Positions 23,852 to 37,322 of a stretch of DNA of 64,000 nucleotides are shown here, piece after piece (the stretch's first letter is position 1; the number at the start of each line of letters is the position of its first letter). A program made the translations under genes and the position numbers. The notes under the pieces are model-generated. The model saw nothing but the letters and a program-made list of their open reading frames with translations. It had not been told where the DNA came from and did not search any database. The stretch is from Azolla caroliniana (taxonomy: Eukaryota; Plantae; Polypodiophyta): positions 13,830 through 77,829 of the forward strand of contig JBHGNT010000117.1 in the NCBI GenBank assembly GCA_043228905.1, in the 5' to 3' direction.

Positions 23852-26366
23852 TAATATCCCGTGGTGAGAATTTACCGTAGTATTCTATACACATGGATAA
23901 GTGTGAGGGTTAAACGAGAGTGTAAAGAAGGGGAGGATTACTTTTAATCCTTGGGATTGAGACAACCCATTAGGTCAAGTGTGAAGTTGCCTGGGGGCCT
24001 TGGGTATTGCTATAAATAATAGGCCTAGCTACCCTCATTGGATTATCTTTTTTACTACATCGAGACTTTGCTCTTGTGGTGGGTCAACTCGACGCCACAG
24101 TGGTGGTATGGGACACCGATCGAGGCTCGAGTCCATCTCAATCCCTTCGCTCGGGGGTGGTCGGGTGGAGCGGCACCCTTCTTTCTCTTTCTCCTTTCTA
24201 TCTATCATTTATTTATCCTTATCTTAAGCTTACTTTAGTACTTAGATCTCTAATATTTGGTATCAGATTTATGTACTAATGTTTCTTTGTTTTTCATTTG
24301 TCTTTTGATTGATGCTGATCGATCGATGTGCGGTCGGCCTTGATCCAGACAAGGATCAACAAAGAACTTCGGTAACTCTTTCCATAATTTTTCTTTCTAT
24401 TCTCTCTTCTCCCATCTAATCATGTGTTTAGTTTATATGTCATTAGTTTTCATTAAGTCAATGATGTTGTAGTGGTCTTTAATTGATTATCTAAAACGTT
24501 TACATATGTGCATGAGGTCAATACCTCGTTTGACATATTAATAATATGTGATGAGTGTCGTATGCGTACGAAGTTAATACCTCAATTACGTATTACATTC
24601 ACGAACATATCTTACGTTTGCGTATGAGTTTAATACCTTGATTTGTTGTAAACGATATGCGGTTGGTCTCGTATGCGTAAGAGGTCAATACCTCAATTGC
24701 GTATTACGATGATCTCTTATTTGAGGATGTTTCGTGTGTGTAGAGGTATATACTTCGATTACGTATCTCGATCACATCATTTGTGGCTATTTAATATAAC
24801 GATATGTTAATATAGGCATATGTGGTCACGTATATACGTATTTGATCGTATATATGTGATAAATAAACATATGTGTATATTCGTTATTACGTGATTATAT
24901 CAAAAGTTGTCCTTGTCGGGAAAAGGATGTTGGTGGCCGTCCTCACATTTTTGTGAGAATGACGTTGTCACCATCGCTTTTTCAACAATTTTTTATTGTT
25001 GACAACCCCGTTGATGACCTCGATTTCGTTACGTAAAGAAATGCCTATAGCCATAATGATGTTGAGTACGTAGGGCTTGACCCATTTTAAGTGAGGTCAC
25101 TCCAATGACACACGTATCCAACATCGCTCCCTCGTTACATGGATACGATGCCACCATGAGCTCGTTCTTACGAGAGGCATTCGTAATGACGTGACCATGT
25201 GATGGGCCACGTGAGCCTACTACAAAACGAGGGCTCATTTGGCTTGACCATTAGGTTGCACTTTGGTGTATGCGATCGTAATTACGAGACTTGAGGTTAG
25301 GTAACGTACCAACATAGTTTTGGTAAATGAGGGCGAAATAAGGACCCTTGACATATATGTTCTTTTAGGAAAAACATATATGATCAATTGTCTCGCATAT
25401 CTCTTATACGCATCAAACATTAAGCATTCGAGAAGAGCAAATTACTTGGTTGGCTCAAGTGTTTAATGTATTTGTCTCGAGGTCTCGAGTTCAAATATGA
25501 CCAAGACCATACAACATCCTTGATACATATGACTATAACACATGTTTAGACTTAAGGTCTAAGTGCACCTCGGGGTCCTCGTAATAGGACTTAAAGAGCC
25601 GAAACCACATATGTGGGCACCGAAACATAGTTTATTGTTAACATTTTTTTCGTGTATAAACTATTCACGACGCGAACATACATGGTTGAGCCTCGGGGAG
25701 CAACCATGAAAAAATCGATATAGAGATCAGGGAAAGACATTTATTTGTCACCCCCATGGTTTTTAAAATACCTTTGTGTTACCATAGTAACCTGATCTTG
25801 AACCTCATCTCATACGTCTAGAGGGGTATTGACGTGAGATCATGATATCGATTAATGTTTGCCCAAGATATGTTTACATCACGACATGATGTTATGACTA
25901 TCTCTCTGGCGTTATCCTATTTCTTTTCCAGAAATAATCTTTAATGACTCAAATTAACGACCCGGTGTCATCCGCTCAAGCGGAAGGAACTCAAGGGAAT
26001 CCTCCTGGACAAATGTCCACTGAGATGTATTTGGCACAAATAACCCAATACCTTAGTTTCACCACTCAACAGATGACCGAACTTCGGCAATCTCAGAGTG
26101 CTCTTGAGGCACGTGTCATTAGTCTACAACGTGAGACTAATAGATCTGATGAGCGACAAGGTGAACCATCATTTGTCGTTAAGCCATTTATGGGAGACAA
26201 AAAGGAAAGAACCAAACAAGCAATCTGCACATGGCTGGGACGATGGGAGTCTCATTTTGAGCTCTATCCCACGCCAGATAGTACGAAGATTGCATATGTC
26301 GGCCGAGAACTCGGGGGTAAGGCTGTCGCCTGGTGGCGTGGGCTCCGTACTATGGGGAAATTTGGA
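23852..26366 (+). mobile_element. Gypsy G1 copy b (5'-clipped LTR 23852-24255, PBS 24258-24269, gag from 25944), inverted relative to copy a
   Basis: Reverse complement of about 19040-21580. Confidence 0.92.
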
Positions 26367-26410
26367 GATACCAGGACGAGGAGAGGCGCGATCGATGCCG
26401 AGAGGGGGAG

Positions 26411-28180
26411 GAACACATTGCTAACTTGCTTGGAAGGAATGGAACCACTAATGGGCTGTACAGATCTAGGGCTCCTGTCCAACCAAACGGCTCCTATTTT
26501 GGCTGGACTCAATCGTTTAACTCTTCATCTAATTGACTAAGGATTTCAAATTTGTTTGAGATGCTTGGGCTATTAGTACTATGAATACTATCTTACACTC
26601 TATTAGTACTATTAAAACTATCAGACACTCCGAAGGGAAGAATTGACTCGGGTTTAGTACAGGCGACGATTTGATTTACCTGTCTTCTTGGCCTATGGGG
26701 ACAATTGATGGCAATATTCCCTGGTCTACCGCAATAAAGGCATAATCGATTGACACGTCGTCGTTGCTTTTCTTCTTCCGATAACGGGCCGCGTCGACGC
26801 ATGGTGTCGATCTCCATCAGTGTCGGAATATTGGCTTGAGGTACATCGTGTGCAAATGGTTTAGCCGTGACTGAGGCGTATGTGGGTTCCGGCCGAGAGC
26901 GTGGTATTTGTAACTGAAGCTCCGAATGTCGTTCGAAAAGGCGGTTGTCGCATCGGACCGCTCGACTGATTGCCTCCGTAAGAGACTTTGGTTCTTCGGG
27001 GAAGGTTAAAAGCAGATCTTTGACATAATTGCGCAAGCCGTAGCGAAACTGCTCCATGAGGGCCTGATCATCCCAGGGAATATCTGAGGCGAGTAGATGG
27101 AAATCCGCCGCGTAGGCAGAGGCTGGACGATCGCCTTGACGCAATCTTCAGATCTTGTTGATCGCCGTCCTGATGCTATCGGTATCTCCAAAGCAGGCTT
27201 TAAACTCACCAATAAAATCTTCAAAGTTATTAAGCAAGGGTGATTGTTTTTCTAGAAACGGAGCGAACCATGCCAAGGCTGAGCCACTAAGTAACGTGCC
27301 TATTAGGCCGACTCGAGATGCATCAGTGGGATATCGGGAAGGATGCATATGGATGACTAAGCGTACCTGATTAAGGAATCCCCGGAATTGCGATCGCATT
27401 CCATCAAATTTCACAGGAATTCCAATCTTGGGCTCTTTATGAAATCCTTGGGGACTTGATCCTTGTTGTTGCAACGCTGCTTCGAGTTGTTGTACCCGTA
27501 ATGCTAACTCCCCATGTTGTTGCATTTGTTGTTTTTCGAGAGCGATTTGTTGCAGATCCCCTATCAACCATTGGTTTTCTTGTTCTAGGGCAACAAACTT
27601 TTCTTTTAGGAACTGTAACTCGGAGAAAACGGATTGATATTCTTGGGCGCTAACAGTAGCCATAGTATAGGGAAAAGGGTAGGAGGATGAGGGAGAACGA
27701 CAAGTAGGCTGGAGGAAAGGAGAAATTGGTTCAAACTGTCAGGAATAGTACTAAAGCAGAGATTGAATTAGTACTAAGAAGAGCAGTACTATTAGTACTA
27801 AGAGGACGGGACTGCGTAAGATTCCTGAGAGAGGAAGTGAGAAGAGGAGAGAGAGAGATAGCGAGGATGAAAGAGAGAGAATGATGATGACAGCAGCTAA
27901 TATCTTATGTGAAAAGATAAGTACAAGCAGCTAAGAGGCTTAAGACTGGCGTTGAACCAATTTGGTTCAACATAATGCCTAGTGCCTTCTTTTATAGTGT
28001 TGTCAGGAGTAATCCTGAAACTTCTAGAATGTTCCAGAGAAATCTGGAATATACATTACTTTCTTATAATAAAACATAAATGAAAATAATATCCTATGAA
28101 TTACAATAGATGGTGTGATGGTTAAGAGCTCGACCCATATACCATAAGGTCATGGGTTCGAGTCTTGCCATATCATGACA
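26411..28180 (-). mobile_element. Tcn1/Tf1-like chromovirus copy 1: LTR 27737-28180, gag 27663-26510 with stops, start of pol
   Basis: KEPKIGIPVKFDG.RSQFRGFL, CLYCGRPGNIAINC; homologous to 58258-61998. Confidence 0.9.
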
Positions 28181-29281
28181 TATGGTTGAAGCGGCTACTT
28201 ACGGACCTACAAGATGAGGTATTCGATCCGACGACGATCTACTGCGACAACCTCAGCGACATCCAGCTCGCGAAGAACCCCGTTTTCCATGCACGGACCA
28301 AGCACATTGAGGTGCACTACCATTTTGTCTGTGAGTGTGTCCTTTCTGGTGAAGTCGAACTTCAGTATGTTCCGACGGATCGGCAACAGGCCGATATTTT
28401 CACCAAGCCTCTTGGTATGTACAAGTTGCGGCAATTTTCGGGTGTGCTTGGGTTGCGTCACCTCGACATGCCGAACTTGAGGGGGAGAGACGTCCCAGAT
28501 GACCACGGAAGGGAGCAGGAAAGGAGCCGAAAAGACCACGACTTCGGATCGGCTAAAGAAGCCGAGGGTGGATCAATGGAAGAGTCCGAAAGCGGACATA
28601 AGGGGAGCAGTCGGAAGAAAGAACCAAAGCCAACCAAGCATGGGGGAGATGACGCCATCAAGGGCGAGAAGAGCGAAGACGAGTTGGAGACAGCCAACTC
28701 GGACGAGAGTGAAAACCGATCGGAAGTAGCCGAGTCGGTTCGGATGTTTGATTCGGATACACTGAATCAACTGAGGGCCGAGTTGAAAAGAAGGCAGCAA
28801 GAGAAGCGCCAACACCGCGACAACAAGGGAGCTGTGAAGGGCCATGGGAGCAGACAAGCCGACCGAAAGGGTCGAAGCGCACAAAGTCGAACAGGCCAAG
28901 AAGCGCGAGCGAGGCGTGGAGCTAGGAGGAACTGGAGCAGTGATCCGGAAGATCCGGAAGAGTCTCAAGTTGAGCTTGAGGGGGAGTGTTGGGAGACAAG
29001 CTCAACATCGTTTGGATCGGTCGGGACCGATCGGCTAGGCCGGATCGGTTGGATACCGGTACGCAGATCGGTGCGTAGAAAGGCCGGATCGGTGCAAAAT
29101 TTGTGAGGCCATCAGAATGATATTCCACAAGGAATATATTGGGGAGTAAGTGTAAGGGCTCCTTAATGACCATTGAAGTACTATTAGTACTTCTGTCAGT
29201 CCGAAAAGGACTTGTATAATAGTATGCATTGAACACACACGATGTATAGATTAAGTATTATTTTGAATATACTTCTATTCT

Positions 29282-29314
<33 letters not shown>

Positions 29315-29406
29315 GTGCGTACTGTGCAAACCTAAGCTTTCCATTAAACTTGTGTTTTCTGTTGTTCGGTTTCCTATATTGCTTCCGCACGCCATTCTTT
29401 TCAACA
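28181..29406 (+). mobile_element. Ty1/Copia 3' end: RNase H, charged extension, PPT, 3' LTR 28987-29406
   Basis: IYCDN...KNPVFHARTKHIEVHYHFV...ADIFTKPL; ttgagggggag then TGTTGG...TCAACA; abuts the albumin 5' region. Confidence 0.9.
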
Positions 29407-30040
29407 TTGCTCCCTCCACCTTTATATACACATGGCCATGCAATCAGAGCACATCCATGTCACTCACCACTCCCATTACCATAATGTGTGTGTCCTGTGT
29501 ACCACTCTTGCAAAAGACCCATGCCAACTAGTCCACCCTCCCACACATCTAGCCTAGTCCTAGGTGTCATATTGTCCCTACAGAATTTGGGCGCAACCTC
29601 CTCCTCGCGTGAGAACTTGTCGAGCAACGATAGCATGTACACTTGCACGTGTGTGTAGGGGTGTGTGGGTACGTGCACATTAAACTAGAACCCGCTAACG
29701 CCCAAACACTAAGCATGTGGAGGCTGCGGTGGGACAAATATGGCTCCAAGTGTGCTACATTGATGAATGTAGATAGACTGGTGTCGTTCGTATACCTCCT
29801 TCCAAAGGATTATCCTTGGGAGCCTCCTAGGTCTCTCCGTCTAATCCCGAGAGGAACGTGGGGTTGGGATTGCGGACTTTGCATCGCTCGTTCGAACGGG
29901 GGGTTGGTAAGAACGACAAGGTAAAGCTACCTGGACTACCACACTAGGAGTGTCCTATCCGGCAAGTGTGGAACGCAAGTTCACATTCGCCATTGTGTAC
30001 AAGTTGACCTTAGTTGTTGACATGGCGTGTGCGGTAAGGA
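29407..30040 (-). repeat. Orphan albumin promoter/intergenic unit
   Basis: Homologous to 21815-22390. Confidence 0.85.
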
Positions 30041-33000
30041 TGTGGTGGTGTCTGTTCTAGACTCAACTCTTGCCCAGTATTTTACAAAATAACTGTCATC
30101 AGGATACTTTCCTCAAAGGTGATCATAAACATCTGATGTTATATCAGTGAAGCTAAGCATGTTAACTTCACGGATGCGACTTAGTGCATCAGCGACAGTT
30201 CTCATGGAACCTTTATGATATCGTATGGAAAACTCAAGTCTTGCATGAGATCAATCCATCGTGCCTTACGACATTTCAGGTCTTGTTGGTCACAAAAATA
30301 TTTGAAGGACTCGTGGTCTGTAGTTACCACAAAGCGATTTCCATAAAGATAATGGTGCCATGTTTTGAGCGCATGTATAACTACAAATAATTCCTTTTCT
30401 TGAACAGTATACCGACATTGAGCAGAATCAAGTTTCTTACTCTCGAATGCTATTGGTTTACCATCTTGATATAAAACAACAACTATAGCCTAATCGCTTG
30501 CGTCGTCAATTGGGAGTAATTACCAAGGGATTTTCGCAAAAACCCAACAAAACCAAGGAATGATCGAACTTCTTGAATATTCTAAAGAGTGGGCGAAAGC
30601 TTAATATTCTCGATGCAAAAAGGATCAATTTCTACTCCTCGTTCGGTTATGAGATGTCCAAGATAAGTAAATGATTTCTTGAAGAACTCACATTTTGAGA
30701 TCTTCGCATAAAACTGTTTGTCACGCAGTGTTTGTAAAACAAAGCGGACATGTGTAGCATGTTCTTGTAATGTACGGCTATAAACTAAAATATCATCCAA
30801 GAAAATAACAACAAATTTTCCAAGTTGTTCGCCGTTTTAGGAACATCGTCCTCACTTATACGAATATGATGGTAGCCAGTACGGCAATCAAGTTTCGTAA
30901 AATACTGAGCTCCCTGGAGACGGTCAATTAAATCGTCAGCTCGGGGCAATGGATACGAATTCTTGATCGTCACTTTATTCAAGCGTTGGTAATTAATACA
31001 TATACGCCATGTGCCCTCTTTCTTTTGAACTAGAGAGCTGGTGCACCCCATGGAGATTTACTATAACGTATATAACCCATTCGTAAATAGTCCTTGAGTT
31101 GCTTAGATACCTCATCTTCTTCGGATCGACTTAAGCAATAAGGTGGTATACATATTGGTGCAATGCCAGGTACACTATCTATATGATGGTCTATATTACG
31201 TTTAGGAGGTAACCCATCTGGTAGTTCACTCGGAAAAACATCACGAAAATCCTTTATGGTCTGCCACTTTAGCGTTGTTATCGTGCTCTTTCCGGTGAAA
31301 CTAAGGTATTGGGTTATTTGCGAAAAATACATCTCAATGGACATTTGTCCAAGAGGATTTCCTTGAGTTCCTTCCACTTGAGCGGATGACATTGGGTCGT
31401 TATTTTGAGCCATTGATTGGTTATTTCTGGCAAAGAAATAGAAGAAGGTCAGACAAATAGTCATAACATCATGTCGTGATGTAAACATATCATGGGAAAA
31501 CATTAATCGATATCATTATCTCACGTCAATACCCCTGTACACGTATGAGATGAGTTTCAAGATCAGGTTACTATGGTAACACAAAGGTGTTTTAAAAACC
31601 ATGGGGGTCACAATTTAATGTCTTTTCTTGATCTCTATATCGATTTTTTTATTGCGGCTCCCCGAGGCTCAACCATGTATGTTCGCGTCATGAATAGTTT
31701 ATACACGAAAAAAAGGTTCACAATAAACTATGTTTCGGTGCCCACATATGTGGTTTCGGCTCTTTAAGTCCTATTACGAGGACCCCGAAATGCACTTAGA
31801 CCTTAAGTCTAAACATGTGTTATAGTCATATGTATCAACAATGTTGTATGGTCTTGGTCATATTTGAACTCGAGACCTCGAAAACAAATACATTAAACAC
31901 TTGAGCCAACCAAGTAGATTGCTTTTCTTTGAATGTCTAATGTTTCATGCGTATAAGAGATATGCAAGGCATTCACCCATATATGTTTTTCTTAAAAGAA
32001 ACATATATGTCAAGAGTCCTTATTTCGCCCTCATTTACTACAACTATGTTGGTACGCTACCTAACCTCAAGTTTCGTAATTACGATGGCATACGCCAAAG
32101 TGCAACCTAATGGTCAAACCAAATGAGCCCTCTTTTCGTAGTACGCCCATGTGGCCCATCACATGGTCACGTCATTATGAATGCCTCTCGAAAAAAAGAT
32201 CTCATGGTGGCATCGTATCCATGTAATGAGGGAGGGATGTTGGATACGTGTGTCATAGGAGTGACCTCACATGAAGTGGGTCAAGCCCTATGTACTACAC
32301 ATCATTATGGCTATAGGCGTTTCTTTACATAACGAAATATCGAAGTCAACAACAGGGATTTCAACAATAAAAAGGGATGGTGACAACATTATTCTCACAA
32401 AAATGTGAGGACGGCCACCAAAATCCTTTCCCCGAAAAGGAAAACGTTCGATTTAAAATCATGTAATAACTTATATACACATGTGTATATTATCACATAT
32501 AGACGATCAACTACGTATACAGGTGACCACATATGCCTATATTAAACAAATCGTTATATTTAATAGCCAAAAATGACGTAATCGAGGCATATACCTCTAC
32601 ACACACGAGACATCAAAAAATAAGGGTTAATCGTAATATGCAATTGAGGTATTGAGCTCATACGCATACGAGAGCAAATACATATCATTTACAACGAATC
32701 GAGGTATTGAGCTCATATGCAAACGTAATATATGTTTGTGAACGTAATATGCAATTGAGGTATTAACCTCGTGCGCATACGACACTCATCACATATTCAA
32801 TATACATCAAATGAGGTATTCACCTTATACACATATGTAAACATTTTATAAAACCAATGAATTACCACTATAACATCATTGACTTAATGAAAAAAATCTC
32901 CATATTAACCATACACATGATTAGATGGGAGAAGAAAAAATAGCCAAAAAAAAACAAGAAAGATTACCGAAGTTCCTTTGTTGATCCGTGTCTACATGAA

Positions 33001-33542
33001 GGCCGACCGCACGTAGATCGATCGCCATCAATCAAAAACACAAAAGACAACAAAAGAAACATTAGAAAATGAACTCTGATACCAACTGATAGATACATGA
33101 ACTAATGTAAGCATCAGATAAGGATAGAATATAGATAAATCGATAGAAAGGAGAGAGAGAAAGAAGGGTGCCGATCCACCCGACCACCCCCGAGTGAAGG
33201 GATCGAGACGGACTCGAGCCTCGATCGGCGTCCCATACCACCGACGTGGCGTCGAGTCATACCTGGTGCTGCCGCGCTTGCTACAAGAGTTGACCCACTA
33301 CAAGACAGAGTCTCGACATAGTCAACAAATGATGAAATGAAGGTAGTTAGGCCTCTTATTTATAGTGATACCCAAGGCCCCCAACAATGTTCACACTTGG
33401 CCTAGTGGGTTTTCTCAATCCCGATGATTAAAAGCAATCCTCCCCTTGTTTACACTCTTGTTTAACCCTCACACTTATCCACGTGTATAGAATACTACAG
33501 TAAATTCTCACCACGGGATATTATATGGTCATGCCCATAATA
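30041..33542 (-). mobile_element. Gypsy G1 copy c: LTR 33087-33542, PBS 33074-33084, deleted gag, RT and RNase H remnants
   Basis: ...ctatCA gt TGGTATCAGAG; SPWGAP, KKEGTWRICINY, MDDILVYS. Confidence 0.9.
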
Positions 33543-34073
33543 GCTCTGGTAGGACAAGTATGGTTCCGAGTGTCCTACATCGATGAACGTAGATAGACCG
33601 GTGTCAGTACTACCTCCTGGCAAAGCAGTATCCTTGGGAGCCTCCGAGCTCTCTCCGTCTAATCTCGAGAGGAACGTGGGGTTGGGGTTGCGGATCTTGC
33701 ATCGCTCGTTTGGACGAGAGGTTGGTCAAAACGACAAGGAAAGCTACCCAGACTACCATACTAGGAGTGTCCTATCGGGCAAGTGTGGAACGCAAGTTCA
33801 CATTCACCGCTATGTACAAGTTCACCTTAGCCGTTGATGTGGCGTGTGCGGTACGAGTGTTTGGTTCGAGATTCTTTTTCCGTTTGGGTGGTTTGCAATT
33901 AATATAGAGAAATTCTATACGTTGGAGGGACGTTGTTGATCGAAAGACGTTGGTGCTCGTGTTTACGTTCATGTGGGTGTAATGCGCGATTAGGGAGACG
34001 CACTTGTTCGTAAACACTTACGAGAAATTAGAGAGAGACCACGAGAATAATTTGAACAAGGTTTATGTACTAT

Positions 34074-35352
34074 TTAGAAGCGACGAATACAAGCACGAGG
34101 GTGAAGATCGCAGTGTTGGAGTAGGCGGGAGGCGGCGACGCCTAGAGCTCTTTCCTCGTCATCGGCTTTGAATTGGCGACGTTGTTGACGTTCGTCCTCT
34201 TGTCGTCGAGACATGCGGTGGCGGCGTTCGTCACCCTCTCGTCGCTCACGGCTGCTATCTCTCTCGCGCTCCTCGTCCTCTTCCTCCCAGCTACGGTGTT
34301 CCCTTGATTGTTGGCCATGGTGTCGGCCTTCATCATTGCGTCGTTCCTCCTTGTCAGCATACAAGGCATCACGTAGGCGATCGCATCGATCTTCGGCGGG
34401 GATTCGTTCGACGTTCCTGCAGCACCGTTCTGAGGGTCTTGAGTATCGAGTGTTTTCGATCCATGGGGAGCGACACCCTTGTTCACCTTCCTCTCGTTTG
34501 GAGCGCTCTTGTAGGTCTCGGATCTGCTTGGTGAGGAAATCACCACACGCTCGCCTTAGTTCCTCGTCACGTGGCTCATCGCGACCACGGCTACGACGTT
34601 CCCTCTCCTCTTCGGAGTCTCTCTTCTTGTCTTTGTAGCGGCGTCCCTCCTCAAGGAACCCCTCACAATGTCGCTCGCGCCTCTCGTCATCGGCCTTCAA
34701 TTGGTGACGTTGTTGACGTTCATCCTCTTGTCGTCCAGGCATGTGGTGGCGGCATTCGTCACCCTCTCGTCGCTGATGGTTGCTATCTCTCTCGCGCTCC
34801 TCGTCCTCTTCCTCCCACTTACGGTGTTCCCTTGATTGTTGGCCTTGGTTGCGGCCTTCATCATTGCGTTATTCGTCCTCGTCAACATACAAGGCATCAC
34901 GTCGGCGATCGCATCAACCTTCGGTGGGGTTTCGTTCGACGTTCCTACAGCACCATTCTGAGGGTCTTGAGTATCGAGTGTTTTCGATCCATGGGGAGCG
35001 ACGTCCTTGTTTACCTTCCTCTCTTTTGGAGTGCTCTTGTAGCTCTCAAATCTGCTTGTCTATGAAGTCACCACACTCTTGCCTCAGTTCCTCGTCACGT
35101 GGCTAATCACGACCATGATTACCACGTTCCCTATCCTCTTCGGAGTCTCTCTTGTTGTCTCTGTAGTCGTGCCCCTCCTTAAGGAACCCCTCACGATGTC
35201 GCTTGGGCCTCTCGTCATCGAACTCCCCCTCTCGGGGTCGATCGAGCCTCTCCTCGTCAACGTCTCCCTCATGACGTTGATCACGTCGCTCCTCTTCACG
35301 GTCCTGCCCTACGGACCTTGCATTGATCGTGGTACACATGCCGAGCATGATC
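34074..35352 (-). pseudogene. 2S albumin-like copy 3 with internal duplication of about 540 bp; start codon and half of the signal peptide deleted
   Basis: 222-aa open frame 34074-34742 holding all six core Cys; second central block 34690-35210; deletion junction gagcatgatc/cgattatcc at about 35350. Confidence 0.85.
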
Positions 35353-36340
35353 CGATTATCCTTATGATTCGAGTGCTTTTCTTCTAATGGATTGTATTGA
35401 CATTGCTCCCTCCACCTTTATATACACATGGCCCTGCAATCAGAGCACATGCATGTCACTCACCACTCCCATTACCATAATGTGTGTGTCATGCGTACAA
35501 CTCTTTCAAAAGACCCATGCCAACTAGTTCACCCTCCCACACGTCTAGGCTAGTCCTAGGTGTCATATTGTCCCTACACAATTTGGGCGCAACCTCCTCC
35601 TCGCGTGAGAACTTGTCGAGCGACGATAGCATGTACACATAGGTAAACGTGTGCACTTGCATGTGCGTGTAGGGGTGTGTGGGCACGTGCACATTAAACT
35701 GGAACCTGCTAACGCCCAGACACTAAGCATCTGGAGGCTACAGTGGGACAAGTATGGTTCCGAGTGTGCTACATCGATGAACGTAGATATACCGGTTTCG
35801 TCCATACTACCTCCTTCCGAAGGAGTATCCTTGGAAGCCAACATGCTCTCTCCATCTAATTCCGAGAGGAACGTGGGGTTGGGGTTGAGGATCTTGCATC
35901 GCTCGTTCGGACGGGGGTTGGTAACAACGACAAGGAAATCTACCCGGACTACCACACTAGGAGTGTCCTATCCGGCAAGTGTGGAACGCAAGTTCACATT
36001 TGCCATTGTGTACAAGTTGACCTTTGCCATTGACTTGGCGTGTGTGGTACGTGTGTTTCGTTCAAGATTTTTTTTCGGTTTGGGTGGGTTGTTGTAAATC
36101 TAGAGAAATTTTAAACGCTGGAGGGACATTGTTGGTCGAAAGACTTTCGTGTTTATGTTCGTGTGGGTGTAAAGCACGATTAGGGAGAAACAGTTGTTCG
36201 TAAACACTTAACGACGAGAAATTAGACAGAGACCACTAGAATAATTTGAACAAGGTTTATGTACTATTTAGAAGTGACGAATACAAGCACGAGGGAGAAG
36301 ATCGCACTGTTGGAGTAGGCGGGAGCTGGCGACGTCTAGA
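35353..36340 (-). repeat. Albumin promoter, intergenic spacer and 3' end of the next copy
   Basis: TATA and RY followed directly by 3' flank and C-terminal codons (RLLQQCDLLPRACIRHF*) at 36268-36340. Confidence 0.85.
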
Positions 36341-37322
36341 GTTGTTACTGTGGTTTTAGTAGCAATAACTTTGGCCATTTTAGTTAGTCTATCAACCACA
36401 ACCCAGATTGCATCATGGCCTTTTTGGTTGCAAGGAAGGCTAACAATAAAATCCATGGATATACTTTCCCACATATTATTGGGAATGTCCAAGGGATGTA
36501 AAAGTCCTTCGTCTTTAAGTTGCTCGGTTTTGTTAACCTGACATTGGTGACATTTAGTCACATAATTATGTATGTTAGGACGCATCTTAGGCCAATAAAA
36601 TTGAGTGGAGATGAGAACGAGTGTACGATGTATTCCAGGGTACCCTGCTGAGGGTGCATCATGCCATTCAAAAAGAATCCTCTTTTTGACCTTGGTTAAA
36701 TCTAGAACACAAACCTTCCCATTACGGTACAGCAGACCATTAGCAATGTGGAAATATTACTTCGAGGATGTGGTGGTGTCTCTTCCAAACTCAACTCTTG
36801 CCTAGTATTTTGCAAAATAACTGTCATCAGGATACTTTCCTCGAAGGTGATCATAAACATCTGATGTTATTTCAGTGAAGCTAAGCATGTTAACTTCACG
36901 GATGCGACTTAGTGCATCAGCGATAGTGTTCATGGAACCTTTCCGATATCGTATGGAAAAATCAAAATCCTGAATGAGATTAGCCCATCGTGCCTTACGA
37001 CCTTTTAGGTTTTGTTGGTCACATAAATATTTCAAGGACTTGTGGTCCATAGTTACCACAAAGCGATTTCCATAAAGATAATGGCGTCATGTTTTGAGCG
37101 CATGTATAACTGCAAATAATTCCTTTTCTTGAACGGTATACTGGCATTGAGCAGAATCCAGTTTCTTACTCTCAAATGCTATTGGTTTACAATCTTGATA
37201 AAAGACAGCACCTATAGCATAATCTCTTGCATCGGTTTCAACCTCGAAAGCTTTTTAAGGATCGGGTAAAAGAAGTGAAGGAGCCTTGCATACTAGGTCC
37301 TTGAGTTCCTTAAAGGCGAGGT
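36341..37322 (-). mobile_element. Gypsy G1 copy d: RNase H to integrase fragment
   Basis: FEVETDA, DHKSLKYL, ARWA, HNYVTKCHQCQ, WESISMDFI, VVVDRLTK. Confidence 0.88.

Noticed and set aside
28111-28170. Functional tRNA gene
   Set aside because: No convincing acceptor or anticodon stems; only the A/B boxes, embedded in an LTR
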